Below are positions 20,861 to 32,498 of a stretch of DNA of 64,000 bases, piece by piece. Every line of letters begins with the position of its first letter. The first letter of the stretch is position 1. Both the position numbers and the translations under genes were made by a program. Source of the DNA: Bacillota bacterium. GTDB taxonomy: Bacteria > Bacillota > Limnochordia > Darwinibacteriales > Darwinibacteriaceae. Under the pieces are notes generated by a model. The model saw only the letters and a list, made by a program, of their open reading frames with translations, ran no database searches and was not told the DNA's origin. The stretch spans positions 3,011-67,010 of the forward strand of contig JAAYSR010000234.1 of the NCBI GenBank assembly GCA_012518325.1. The letters are read 5' to 3'.

Positions 20861-21604
20861 CTAATAGTTGATAATGCCAACGAAGTCCTCTACTTTCAGG
20901 CTGGCACCGCCGACTAATGCGCCGTCAATTTCTGGCTGGTCCATAAATTCTTTGATATTCCCCGGCTTAACGCTGCCTCCGTACTGGATGCGCACCTCTT
21001 GTGCGAGCTCGGGGCTGAACAGCTTGGCTACAGTCTGACGGATGGAGGCGATAACCTGGTTGGCATCGTTTCCATCGGATGTTTCTCCTGTACCAATGGC
21101 CCAGATCGGCTCGTAGGCGATGACAACCTGCCTGATTTGCTCCGCGCCCACACCGGCCAGGCCCTTCGTTGTCTGTTCGACCACAACATTCTCTGTCTCG
21201 CCGGCTTTGCGCTGCTCCAAAGTCTCACCTACGCAGAGAATCGGTTTCAAACCGGTTTCCAGTGCCTTCAGAACTTTTTTGTTGATCAGCTCATCGTCTT
21301 CTTTAAAAATCTCCCTGCGTTCGGAGTGGCCCAGGATTACATATTCACAGCCAACATCTTCCAGCATGGCTGCGGAGATCTCGCCGGTAAATGCTCCCTG
21401 TTCAGCGAAATACATGTTCTGGGCTCCGAGTTTCACCTTGTTCAATCCCAAGGCGCTCAGGGACGCCAGGCTGGTAAATGGTGCACAGATTACTACTTCC
21501 ACAGGGCTGTCTGCAACGAGTTCATCCAGCTTGCGGACCATCTCTGTTGCTTCACCTACGGTCTTGTGCATCTTCCAGTTTCCTGCAATAATTGGGGTTC
21601 GCAT
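20861..21604 (-). CDS. tpiA: Triosephosphate isomerase
   Basis: The N-terminus is MRTPIIAGNWKMHKT and the protein contains AYEPIWAIGTG. The start at 21604 has the RBS AGAGGTGAG. Confidence 0.96.
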   Translation of the reverse strand: MRTPIIAGNWKMHKTVGEATEMVRKLDELVADSPVEVVICAPFTSLASLSALGLNKVKLGAQNMYFAEQGAFTGEISAAMLEDVGCEYVILGHSERREIFKEDDELINKKVLKALETGLKPILCVGETLEQRKAGETENVVVEQTTKGLAGVGAEQIRQVVIAYEPIWAIGTGETSDGNDANQVIASIRQTVAKLFSPELAQEVRIQYGGSVKPGNIKEFMDQPEIDGALVGGASLKVEDFVGIINY

Positions 21605-21614
21605 AATCTCACCT

Positions 21615-22796
21615 CTATTTATCATTCAAAGCGGCCACACCTGGCAGAACCTTGCCTTCCAAGAACTCGAGGGAAGCTCCGCCGCCGGTGGAAACGTGGG
21701 TCATCTTGCCGGCAAGGCCCATTTGCTCCACCGCCGCAGCAGAATCTCCGCCGCCAATGATGGTCACTGCCGAAGAAGCTGCCATTGCTTCTGCGATGCC
21801 GCGGGTTCCGGCAGCAAAGGGTTCCAGTTCAAAGACGCCCATGGGTCCGTTCCAAACCACTGTGCCTGCTTTCTTAATCGCTTCGCTAAAGAGCTCCGTT
21901 GTCTTGGGACCCGAATCCAGGCCTTCCCAGTCCGCAGGAATCTCTTTGAAGTCTACGATTTTGTATTCAGTATCTGCAGTACGTTCTTTACCTACTACAA
22001 TGTCTACCGGGAAGAGAAGCTCTACGCCCTTCTCCTTAGCCTTTTCCATTACCTCAAGGGCGAAGTCGAGGCGCTCAGGATCCAAGAGGGATTTTCCAAT
22101 CTCATAGCCCTCGGCCTTGAAGAAGGTGTAAGCCATGCCGCCCCCGATAATCAGGGTGTCTGCCTTGTCCAGCAGGGCTTCAATAACACCGATCTTATCC
22201 TTGACTTTTGCGCCTCCCAGAATGGCTACAAAGGGACGTTTCGGCTCTTCCAGCGCTCCGCCTAAGAACTCAAGCTCCTTTTCCATCAAGAAGCCTGATA
22301 CTGCAGGCAGATAGTCTGCCACGCCTGTTGTGGATGCGTGGGCACGGTGGGCTGTACCGAAGGCATCATTGACGTAGAGGTCGCCGTGGGCGGCCAGCGC
22401 CTTGGCAAACTCGGGATCATTTTTCTCCTCTTCGGCATAGAAGCGGACATTTTCCAGTAAAAGCACTTCGCCAGGCTTAAGGGCTGCAACAGCTTGTTCA
22501 GCCTCAGGCCCGATACAGTCATTGACCTTCTTAACAGGCTGGCCCAGGAGTTCGCTTAAACGCTCAGCGATGGGATCGAGGCGCAGCTCTTCTTTCACCT
22601 CGCCCTTGGGACGGCCAAAGTGGGACATGAGAATTACTTTTCCGCCCTGCTTAACCAGATGCTGAATCGTGGGCAGCGCGGCCCTGATTCTTTTGTCATC
22701 AGTAATGACTCCGTCAATCATGGGCACGTTAAAGTCAACCCGCACCAATACCCGCTTATCCTGAACATTAACGTCAGCAATGGTCTTTTTCGCCAT
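21615..22796 (-). CDS. pgk: Phosphoglycerate kinase
   Basis: The N-terminus is [25 protein letters not shown]. The start at 22796 has the RBS AAGGAGGA. Confidence 0.96.
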   Translation of the reverse strand: MAKKTIADVNVQDKRVLVRVDFNVPMIDGVITDDKRIRAALPTIQHLVKQGGKVILMSHFGRPKGEVKEELRLDPIAERLSELLGQPVKKVNDCIGPEAEQAVAALKPGEVLLLENVRFYAEEEKNDPEFAKALAAHGDLYVNDAFGTAHRAHASTTGVADYLPAVSGFLMEKELEFLGGALEEPKRPFVAILGGAKVKDKIGVIEALLDKADTLIIGGGMAYTFFKAEGYEIGKSLLDPERLDFALEVMEKAKEKGVELLFPVDIVVGKERTADTEYKIVDFKEIPADWEGLDSGPKTTELFSEAIKKAGTVVWNGPMGVFELEPFAAGTRGIAEAMAASSAVTIIGGGDSAAAVEQMGLAGKMTHVSTGGGASLEFLEGKVLPGVAALNDK

Positions 22797-22870
22797 ATTA
22801 ATCCTCCTTGCATGAATGCTTGACAAAGGATCCCCCCGCAAGACGGGGGGATCTTCGGCTCAAACTTATT

Positions 22871-24918
<2,048 letters not shown>

Positions 24919-24940
24919 AGTTGGCCACTCACTTTCTCGG

Positions 24941-24978
24941 GACACTTAGCGACCCGCCGGGGTGCATTACGTCCCGCC
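24941..24978 (-). promoter_or_regulatory. CggR-type operator: a tandem direct repeat of the form CGGGAC-N6-(TGTC)
   Basis: The minus strand reads CGGGACgtaatgCACCccggCGGGTCgctaagTGTC. This matches the B. subtilis CggR operator architecture CGGGACN6TGTCN4CGGGACN6TGTC with two substitutions. Confidence 0.6.
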
Positions 24979-25002
24979 TCATGGCTAAATATTCTTCTTT
25001 CC

Positions 25003-25032
25003 AACATAGTTCCCTTCCCTGCACTTGTTAAT
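25003..25032 (-). promoter_or_regulatory. Probable sigma-A promoter of the cggR-gap operon
   Basis: On the minus strand, TTAACA is followed after about 17-18 nt by TATGTT. The -35 overlaps the whiA stop codon, and the operator lies just downstream, as in Bacillus. Confidence 0.45.
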
Positions 25033-25954
25033 ACTTGGTATTCATTTTGTCAACTTGTCGCGCCTTTTCCCTGATCTGCCTAAGCCGGTAATTAACGCCT
25101 GATTTGCTCATTTTAGGCACCATCAAAGCCCCGATTTCCTGCAGCGAGGCATAGGGATTTTCCAGACGTACCCGGGCGACTTCCCTCAGTTTAGGGGGAA
25201 GCTCATCCAGCCCGATGGCTTTATCAATGATTTGAATATCTCTGATTTGATCCATGGCTGCCTTTACCGTTTTTTCCACATTGGCAGTCTCACAGTTCAC
25301 CAGGCGGTTAACCTGATTGCGCATATCCTTCAGGATCCTGACATTTTCGAAATGCAGCAAAGCATTGTGGGCGCCTATCAAATTCAGCATATTGACAATC
25401 TGCCCCCCGTCTTTCAGGTAGGCCACCAGGGAGCCCTTGCGTTCTATAATGCCGGCGTCAAGGCCCAATGACGCCATAATCTCCAGAATTTTGTCGGCTA
25501 ACTTAGTCTGAACTGTAGAAATCTCCAGATGGTAGGCTCGTTCAGGATTGGTGATCGAGCCATTGCTCAAAAAAGCTCCCCGCAGGTACGCGCGTCGGCA
25601 GCATTTTTTCCGGGGAATCTTCAATTCACCCATAACGCTTTGGTCTTTAAAGTCCTGGTAGACTTGTCCAGCTGCTTCACTGCCCAATACCCTCACTGTG
25701 CAGATCTGCGTTCTTCTGGACCGGGACTTGGAAACCAGCACCTGGGTGGGCAGTTCAGGATAAAGGCCCTTGAGCAGCAGGAGAATCTTCCGGGCCACCA
25801 GGGGAGATGAATTGTTGAAGTCCAGAACTTGATTTTTGTCACCCAGCAAAAATCCTTCCAGATCATAAAAAGCGTTAAGTTCGGCAATGCGGCAGCAGCT
25901 GGCACGGGGAATCACCCTTGCCAGTTCATTGCGGACATCATCGGAAAAACTCAT
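25028..25954 (-). CDS. whiA: Sporulation/cell-division transcription regulator WhiA
   Basis: 308 aa. It has an N-terminal degenerate LAGLIDADG-like domain and a C-terminal HTH (YASLQEIG). Confidence 0.9.
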   Translation of the reverse strand: MSFSDDVRNELARVIPRASCCRIAELNAFYDLEGFLLGDKNQVLDFNNSSPLVARKILLLLKGLYPELPTQVLVSKSRSRRTQICTVRVLGSEAAGQVYQDFKDQSVMGELKIPRKKCCRRAYLRGAFLSNGSITNPERAYHLEISTVQTKLADKILEIMASLGLDAGIIERKGSLVAYLKDGGQIVNMLNLIGAHNALLHFENVRILKDMRNQVNRLVNCETANVEKTVKAAMDQIRDIQIIDKAIGLDELPPKLREVARVRLENPYASLQEIGALMVPKMSKSGVNYRLRQIREKARQVDKMNTKY

Positions 25955-26784
25955 TCTACTTCACCTCCATCTTTCCCCAAAATCCAGACTCGAACACGCC
26001 AGCCCTGAATCTCCGCCTTCACAATGACCGGCCTATCGGAATCATTTTTGAACTTGAAATCAGTATGGGGCCAGGCCACCGTGGCATCCAGCCCGTGTTT
26101 AATGTAACTTGGTGCAACAGAATGAATCCTGCGCTCCACAATCTCCAGCCCAGCCAGGCGCACCGCATTGTACAGTGTGGTGGAAGACTGGCAGATACCT
26201 CCCCCTACACCAGGAACGACGGCTTCGCCTAAAATGATGGGAGCATTCTTGTAGCCCTTCTCCACTGTCCTCTCCCCGACTGTCTCATTAAAGGAAAACA
26301 CCTCCCCCGGCAGCACAACTGTATTGTTGATGGCTGCCAAAGAAAGGCGAATGTTTTCCACCCGGCCGGGACTGCCGATCAGGGGAGTAGTAAAATCGCC
26401 TAAGACATCTGTCAGCTCCTGCAAGTGCTCTGTGCGAACAAAAGGCACTACCTCTATACCTTCCATTCTAAGCTGGCTTTTGGCCGAGGCGTTGACAACC
26501 TTGTCAACAATGGCATCCACATCAAAATAAAGGCCGTTTTCATGGGGAATGATCTCCCCCGTAGCCTTATCCAGCGTAGCGTTGACGGGAGAACGCATGT
26601 TGGCCAGGGCCATCTGCTCCACAATGACGCGCACTTCATCTGGATAGTAGTATTCCATGATCTGCCCTTCTAAATAGACCTCGGAGCGAACTCCAAACAG
26701 CCTGCGGTGAATGGTGCGGTACATCATGGGCAGGCCTACGCCCAAAGTGGAAATCAGGGCTGCCATTGCTATTACTTTTCGCAT
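25951..26784 (-). CDS. VanW domain-containing protein, membrane-anchored
   Basis: 277 aa with an N-terminal TM segment. The VanW-like core contains FSFNETVGERT, KGYKNAPII and GGGICQSSTTLYNA. The stop overlaps the whiA start as ATGA. Confidence 0.75.
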   Translation of the reverse strand: MRKVIAMAALISTLGVGLPMMYRTIHRRLFGVRSEVYLEGQIMEYYYPDEVRVIVEQMALANMRSPVNATLDKATGEIIPHENGLYFDVDAIVDKVVNASAKSQLRMEGIEVVPFVRTEHLQELTDVLGDFTTPLIGSPGRVENIRLSLAAINNTVVLPGEVFSFNETVGERTVEKGYKNAPIILGEAVVPGVGGGICQSSTTLYNAVRLAGLEIVERRIHSVAPSYIKHGLDATVAWPHTDFKFKNDSDRPVIVKAEIQGWRVRVWILGKDGGEVE

Positions 26785-26836
26785 GTTTACACTTCCCCCC
26801 TTCCCAGTCTATTCCGGGAAGGAGAGAACTAAGACC

Positions 26837-28147
26837 TCAGACGACCCATTCGCTGTTTTTGTGCTTGCCGCTGGCACCGGCGAGATACATAATCTCCTCG
26901 GCAAGTTTCCGGCTGTCATGGCGGACCAGGTCCATACGATCTAACAGATCTCTTTGGTGCACCTGAATGCCCAATGCCTCCAAGGCCTTTACGTCGACCC
27001 GAACGGGATGGGCGCCCTTGGCGGCATACATCCGGGTCTGTACCGGCGAAATCAGAGCCTGGTTCACGACCATATAATCAAAAATGTTCTTCCCGTCCAA
27101 ATGGGCCAAGACTGCCCGCAGGTGGTCGCTGGCAGTATACCCGTCTGTCTCGCCGGGCTGGCTCATGGCGTTGCAGACATAGATGCGCAGAGCAGCAGTT
27201 TCCGCCAGCGCTTCCTTTATGCCGGGAATCAGCAGGTTAGGCATGATGCTGGTGTACAGGCTTCCGGGGCCGACTACTACCACATCGGCGTCGCGGATCG
27301 CCTGTACAGCCTCGGGCAAAGCTTTAGGGGCTGCAGGCTCCAAAAACACCTGTTTAATCTTTTTGTTCTGCTGAGGAAGCAGACTTTCGCCCATCATGGT
27401 CGAGCCGTCTTCATACACCGCCCCCAACCGGACTGATTCCAGCGTGGGAGGCAGCACCCTGCCCCGCACTGCCAAGACCTTGCTGAAGGCCCGAATGGAC
27501 TCTTCAAAGTCGCCTGTAATGTCAGTCATTGCTGCTATGAACAGGTTGCCGAAACTGTGCCCTTCCAGCCCTTCGCCCCAGTTAAAACGATATTGAAAGA
27601 GATCTTCCATCAAAGGTTCTGTATCTGCCAGGGCAACCAAGGTATTGCGAATATCACCTGGCGGCAGGATGCCCAAGTCATCCCGGATGCGCCCGGAGCT
27701 GCCTCCGTCATCGGCCACGGTAACAATCGCTGTAATGTTGGCAGTATGCTCCTTTAAACCCCTGAGCATGGTGGCAAGGCCGGTTCCTCCCCCAATGGCT
27801 ACGATATGCAGCCCCTTCTCAAGGTTGCGCGTCTTATAAACATGCTCAACCAAGTTCGGTACATCGGCAGGGCGAATCGCCCCCACCACAGAACGGATGC
27901 CGAAACGAACCGCCAGAGCCACACAGATGGCGCCTACGCCAATCAGGACTGCACCTAGAAAAACAGGATGGAAGTCCCAGCCCGCTGCCCAATCCAGGAT
28001 CTTCTTCTCATAAAGTGAGAATACTGGAGTGTTCAGCAGGATAATAATCCCGGTGGCAACCGCAAAAACCCCCACTGCCAGAAGTGCCAGCCAGCGCTTG
28101 ACCCGCATGCCCGGGTACAGCCACTTCATCCTCTGCACCTTGCCCAC
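26837..28147 (-). CDS. yvcK: YvcK/UPF0052 (CofD-like gluconeogenesis factor) with an N-terminal membrane extension
   Basis: The core reads HIVAIGGGTGLATMLRGLKEHTANITAIVTVADDGGSSGRIRDDLGILPPGDIRN. About 100 aa of N-terminal sequence carry two or three TM helices. Alternative starts lie at 28129 and 28108. Confidence 0.85.
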   Translation of the reverse strand: MGKVQRMKWLYPGMRVKRWLALLAVGVFAVATGIIILLNTPVFSLYEKKILDWAAGWDFHPVFLGAVLIGVGAICVALAVRFGIRSVVGAIRPADVPNLVEHVYKTRNLEKGLHIVAIGGGTGLATMLRGLKEHTANITAIVTVADDGGSSGRIRDDLGILPPGDIRNTLVALADTEPLMEDLFQYRFNWGEGLEGHSFGNLFIAAMTDITGDFEESIRAFSKVLAVRGRVLPPTLESVRLGAVYEDGSTMMGESLLPQQNKKIKQVFLEPAAPKALPEAVQAIRDADVVVVGPGSLYTSIMPNLLIPGIKEALAETAALRIYVCNAMSQPGETDGYTASDHLRAVLAHLDGKNIFDYMVVNQALISPVQTRMYAAKGAHPVRVDVKALEALGIQVHQRDLLDRMDLVRHDSRKLAEEIMYLAGASGKHKNSEWVV

Positions 28148-28173
28148 CCCCTAAGGCAAAATCCCCGCGATTC

Positions 28174-28896
28174 CTAGAGCCTGCCCCCGGCAGCCTGATC
28201 CACAACGATCGTCACTGAAGGATGCAGCTGCAGGACAGACGCAGGCACTTCCGGTGTCACCGGGCCGTGCACCGCCGCACAAACCGCGTCAGCCTTGCTG
28301 CCTCCGGAGGCGATCAGCACGATACTCTTAGCCTGCATAATACTTTTAATGCCCATGGAGACTGCCTGTGTCGGCACTTCATCCGGGGAGTCGAAGAAGC
28401 GTGAATTGTCCCTGATTGTGCTCTCAGTCAGGTCCACAATCTGAGTTGTAGAATCAAAGGGAGTGCCTGGCTCATTGAAGCCGATATGACCGTTGGAGCC
28501 AATGCCCAAGAGCTGCAGATCAATGCCGCCGGCCTGCCTGATCGCCTCCTCATAGCGCCTGCACTCAGCTTCCAGATCCGGTGCAATGCCGCTGGGAACA
28601 TGGGTGTTTTCTTGCTTAATGTTTATCTTGGAAAAGAGGTTTTCTTCCATATAATACCGATAGCTTTGGGGATGATCCGGAGCCAATCCGATGTATTCGT
28701 CCAAATTAAAAGTAATCACCCTGCTGAAATCCACCCCGGCCTGATGGTACTCTGCCAAAAGCTTATAGACTCCCAGAGGAGTGCTTCCGGTGGCTAATCC
28801 CAAAACACTGCCGGGCTTGGTTCTTACTTGGGCAACCAGCAGCTTGGCTGCTTCCTCACTCATTCTGTTGAAGTTATTCACAACAATTACATTCAT
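28174..28896 (-). CDS. nagB: Glucosamine-6-phosphate deaminase
   Basis: 240 aa. The N-terminus is LGLATGSTPLGVYK and the active-site region reads GIGSNGHIGFNEPG. Confidence 0.93.
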   Translation of the reverse strand: MNVIVVNNFNRMSEEAAKLLVAQVRTKPGSVLGLATGSTPLGVYKLLAEYHQAGVDFSRVITFNLDEYIGLAPDHPQSYRYYMEENLFSKINIKQENTHVPSGIAPDLEAECRRYEEAIRQAGGIDLQLLGIGSNGHIGFNEPGTPFDSTTQIVDLTESTIRDNSRFFDSPDEVPTQAVSMGIKSIMQAKSIVLIASGGSKADAVCAAVHGPVTPEVPASVLQLHPSVTIVVDQAAGGRL

Positions 28897-28914
28897 ATCT
28901 GTCCACCTCTCTGC

Positions 28915-30096
28915 TTATTGTGCACTGTATGCCGTTTTCCCGTCGACAATGGTCTTCTGAACGTCAAAGCTGTCGGAAAGAACTACAAAGTCTGCCCGGA
29001 ATCCTTCCCTGATCCAGCCCCGGTCTGCAAGCCCCAGGGACTGGGCAGGATTCAGGCTGGCCATGCGAAATGCATCTGGAATGGAGACGCCAACCTCCTG
29101 AATCATGTTCTGAACCGCCTGGAGCATTGTCAGAGTGCTCCCAGCCAGATTGCCTTCTGCCAGGCGGGCTGCTCCGTCCTTGACAAAGATTTGGTGGTCA
29201 CCCAGCGTATATTCGCCATCCGGCAGTCCAGTTGCCTGCACAGCATCTGTGATAAGGACTATCTGCTCCACGCCGGCGCAGCGCAGTAATACCCTGATGG
29301 CGCCTGGATGCACGTGAACCAAGTCCGCGATCAGTTCTGTCCAAATACCCGGTGTGGCCAGAACAGCCCCCAGCACTCCCGGCTCTCTGTGATGCAGACC
29401 GCGCATGCCGTTATAAGTATGGGTGGCGTGGGTGATTCCCGCCTCAAAGCCCCGCACAGCCTCTTCATATGTGGCATCAGAATGGCCGATGGATACTTTG
29501 ACTCCCCGTGCCTTCAGCCAGGCGATAGCCTCGAGACTGCCTGGAACCTCCGGTGCTAACGTCACTAAACGGAGCTTTTCTCCTAAGATGCTGTAAAGGT
29601 CTTCCAGCTCACTAACGTCCGCAGGCCTGATGGCCGGGCCATACTGTGCACCTTTATATCTTTCATTAATGTAAGGGCCTTCCAAATGAATGCCCAGCAC
29701 CTCCGCCTCATCCTCGGATCCGGCATAGTCTGCCACAAGCCTGGCTACACTGCGGGTTATCTCCGGTGCGGCGGTAACGGTGCTTGGCAGAAACGCAACA
29801 GTCCCTGATTTCGGCAGATAGCGGGCCATTGTCCGCAAGGCCTCTTCAGTCCCGTCCATCAGCTCACAGCCTGCGGAACCGTGCATGTGTACATCAATGA
29901 AACCAGGTGCAATGTACCCGCCCTGGGCATCAATGATCTCAAAAACACCTGGAATAGCTGCATCTTTAATCTTGGCGCCTTCTTCTTCGTCGCCGACGTA
30001 AATAATGCGGCTGCCTAAGGTTACAACTGTGCCGTTCGGGATCAGTTTATCTGCAACCACTGTGCCGTTGGTCAGGATCAAGTGCTTTCTTCTCAA
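28915..30096 (-). CDS. nagA: N-acetylglucosamine-6-phosphate deacetylase
   Basis: 393 aa. FIDVHMHG provides the metal ligands. The gene starts on a TTG with a weak RBS, because an in-frame TGA lies 3 codons upstream. Confidence 0.9.
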   Translation of the reverse strand: MRRKHLILTNGTVVADKLIPNGTVVTLGSRIIYVGDEEEGAKIKDAAIPGVFEIIDAQGGYIAPGFIDVHMHGSAGCELMDGTEEALRTMARYLPKSGTVAFLPSTVTAAPEITRSVARLVADYAGSEDEAEVLGIHLEGPYINERYKGAQYGPAIRPADVSELEDLYSILGEKLRLVTLAPEVPGSLEAIAWLKARGVKVSIGHSDATYEEAVRGFEAGITHATHTYNGMRGLHHREPGVLGAVLATPGIWTELIADLVHVHPGAIRVLLRCAGVEQIVLITDAVQATGLPDGEYTLGDHQIFVKDGAARLAEGNLAGSTLTMLQAVQNMIQEVGVSIPDAFRMASLNPAQSLGLADRGWIREGFRADFVVLSDSFDVQKTIVDGKTAYSAQ

Positions 30097-30225
30097 TTTC
30101 CATCACATCCCTTCAGCAGTTCTCTCTCCTGCAATTCTGCTATGGCAGATGCTTTTCCTGCCTGTTCCGCCAGTGTTGCCCGCCGCCGTCCAAACAAGTT
30201 AACCTGGAATAAATATTAATCTTAC

Positions 30226-30255
30226 TTGCATATTCATGCAAAGATGCTGTATAAT
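30226..30255 (+). promoter_or_regulatory. Sigma-A-type promoter for the amino-acid ABC genes (TTGCAT-18-TATAAT). Its -35 is embedded in a perfect inverted repeat TTGCAT-attc-ATGCAA
   Basis: TTGCAT at 30226-30231 and TATAAT at 30250-30255. The inverted repeat at 30226-30241 is a candidate operator. Confidence 0.55.
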
Positions 30256-30291
30256 GAGCCCATTAACCGAAGGAAGGATGTATGTTATTCT

Positions 30292-31062
30292 ATGAAAAAA
30301 CTGGCTGTAATCATACTTGCTGTCGCCCTGTCTTTGAATTTCTCCACCCTGGCTTTCGGCCAAGGGGTTCTGAAGGTTGCAACTGAAGCCGGCTTCATGC
30401 CCTTTGAATACGTAGGGGCAGAAACTGGCGAACTGTTGGGCTTTGATATGGATCTGATCCGGGCCGTCGGTGAGGTTCTGGGCCTGGAAGTCAAAATTGA
30501 CAACATCAGCTGGGACGGCCTGATTCCTGCCCTGCTCAACAATAACTACGATGCGGTCATTGCCGGCGTCACCATTACCCCCGAACGCCAGGAAAATGTG
30601 GCCTTCTCTAAACCCTACTTCGAATCGGTGCTCACAATTGTGACTAGGCAAGGTGCTTCTGAGGCAGCCAGTTTAGATGATCTGGCAGGAAAAGTCGTGG
30701 CAGTACAGATCAGCACGACGGGAGACTTTACTGCAAGTGACCTCTATGACGAGGGCAAACTGAAGAGTGTATCCCGTTTTGATACCGTAGCCGATGCCAT
30801 GCAGGCTGTGATTATTGGCGTAGCTGATGCCGTTGTAGTCGACCTTCCTGTAGCCCAGGCCTACCTGGAGGCCAACCCCTTGGCGCCGCTGGCTGCTGCC
30901 GGTCCTGTGTCTGCCGATGAACACTATGGGATCGCAGTAAACAAGAACAACGTTGAACTGCTGGAAAAAATCAACGCCGCCCTGGATGAACTTGAACAAA
31001 ACGGAACCTATGCCGAAATCTACGCAAAGTGGTTTGGAGCTAACACGCCCGCAGCCAACTAG
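30292..31062 (+). CDS. Polar amino acid ABC transporter substrate-binding protein (SBP_bac_3, glutamine/His/Arg-binding type)
   Basis: The true start MKKLAVIILAVALSLNFSTLAFG is a signal peptide. The ORF track begins 22 codons earlier, inside the promoter. GFDMDL and ISWDG are hallmarks of SBP_bac_3. Confidence 0.85.
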   Translation: MKKLAVIILAVALSLNFSTLAFGQGVLKVATEAGFMPFEYVGAETGELLGFDMDLIRAVGEVLGLEVKIDNISWDGLIPALLNNNYDAVIAGVTITPERQENVAFSKPYFESVLTIVTRQGASEAASLDDLAGKVVAVQISTTGDFTASDLYDEGKLKSVSRFDTVADAMQAVIIGVADAVVVDLPVAQAYLEANPLAPLAAAGPVSADEHYGIAVNKNNVELLEKINAALDELEQNGTYAEIYAKWFGANTPAAN

Positions 31063-31097
31063 CGTTTTGCGGATAGGCCGGAAAGGAGAATTCTAAC

Positions 31098-31754
31098 GTG
31101 GACTTTCGCTGGGACCTTGTCTGGAACTCGCTGCCAACACTGCTTACAGGTGCCAAACTCACAGTGCAGCTCACTTCCATAGCAGTATTTTTCGGTACGA
31201 TCCTTGGCACCTTTGCCGGTATAGCCAGGATCTCTGCCGGACCTTTCAAAGCGGTGTCTGCCGCCTACATCGATGTAATTCGGGGAACGCCGCTTCTTGT
31301 ACAGACTTTCATAATATTCTACGGCTTGCCCAGCCTGATCCAGCGTCCCATTCCGGCCTATGTGGCAGCAGTATTGGCACTCAGCATTAACAGCGGAGCG
31401 TATGTGGGGGAAATTGTCCGAGCAGGCATCCAGTCCATTGACCGCGGCCAGTGGGAGGCAGCAGCATCCCTGGGACACTCCCGCCTCCAGGCCATGGGGT
31501 ATATTATTCTGCCCCAGGCCTTTAAGCGAACGCTGCCTCCCCTTGGCAACGAGTTTATTGCGCTTTTGAAAGACTCTTCCCTCGTCTCTGTAATCGCCCT
31601 TGAAGAGTTGGTGCGCAAAGGGCAGATCATCATTGGGCGCACCTTCCGTCCCTTTGAGGTGTGGCTGGCGGTTGCACTGATCTACTTTGTGATGACCTTT
31701 ACCGTCTCACGCTTCGTAAACCTGTTAGAGCGCAAAATGGCGCCGGAGTCTTAA
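31098..31754 (+). CDS. Polar amino acid ABC transporter permease (HisM/GlnP family)
   Basis: 218 aa with an EAA-like motif region (LGHSRLQAMGYIILPQAFKRTLPPLGNEF). No ATPase gene follows it. Confidence 0.85.
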   Translation: MDFRWDLVWNSLPTLLTGAKLTVQLTSIAVFFGTILGTFAGIARISAGPFKAVSAAYIDVIRGTPLLVQTFIIFYGLPSLIQRPIPAYVAAVLALSINSGAYVGEIVRAGIQSIDRGQWEAAASLGHSRLQAMGYIILPQAFKRTLPPLGNEFIALLKDSSLVSVIALEELVRKGQIIIGRTFRPFEVWLAVALIYFVMTFTVSRFVNLLERKMAPES

Positions 31755-31760
31755 CCGCTC

Positions 31761-32498
31761 TCAGCGTTGACTCAAGCGCCAGTCAGGTCCCATTAGGAAC
31801 ACATGTAAGTTGTTCCCTATAATTCTCGAAGCTAGGCGCATCCCAACCCTCACTTCAAAATCTTTGAGTTCATAGTTGGTGGTGAACACTGTAGGCTTTA
31901 GATTGGTCAGGCGCGCATCAACGATGAGCAGCAAACGTTCAACAGTCCAAGCAGTTTCTCGCTCACTGCCAAGATCATCCAAAACTAACAGATCCGCGGA
32001 CAGCATTTCCTCCACACTGACATTGCCTGTCCGCATTTTTTCTAAGAGCATCGGAACATTGGCGAAGGAAACTGCGTATTTACCTTTAAGTTCGTTGGCA
32101 ATAGCGCAAGCCAAATGGGTTTTGCCGGTCCCTGACGGTCCCATGAGCAGAATCCCCCTGCCATCCGAGATTTTGCCGAAGTTCCGCGCAAAGGCAAGGC
32201 AGTCGTTATATGGCTTTCTGTTTAAAGCGGTGACTTGAAAGCTTGCAAAGGTGTGCTCCCTCAACCCGATGGGCAAAGGGTCACGCTGACCGGGACTAAT
32301 CAATAAATTCTGCAGGCGAGAGCGTTCTTCGGAGCGCTCTTTTCTTATACAGCTGCAATCAGATTGAAGCCAGTGCCCCCGAGCCAATGGTTCCGGCACC
32401 GGAAAAGGATGACGGCGGTAGACCTGATGGCGCAGCTCCCCGCATGCGGGGCAGACCTTGCCGCCAAAAAAAGAACGCCTCAAACCAAGTTTACTCAT
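31761..32498 (-). CDS. DnaI/DnaC-like helicase-loader AAA+ ATPase with an N-terminal Cys zinc-binding region
   Basis: Walker A LLMGPSGTGKTHLACAIAN and Walker B LLVLDDLGSE are present, and the C-terminus is IstB-like. The N-terminus has CPACGE. The start is MSKLGL at 32498; the ORF track runs further upstream to 32615. Confidence 0.8.
   Translation of the reverse strand: MSKLGLRRSFFGGKVCPACGELRHQVYRRHPFPVPEPLARGHWLQSDCSCIRKERSEERSRLQNLLISPGQRDPLPIGLREHTFASFQVTALNRKPYNDCLAFARNFGKISDGRGILLMGPSGTGKTHLACAIANELKGKYAVSFANVPMLLEKMRTGNVSVEEMLSADLLVLDDLGSERETAWTVERLLLIVDARLTNLKPTVFTTNYELKDFEVRVGMRLASRIIGNNLHVFLMGPDWRLSQR

Noticed and set aside
20999-22265. Two long plus-strand ORFs of 253 and 381 aa
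   Set aside because: They are antisense to tpiA and pgk, whose identities are unambiguous.
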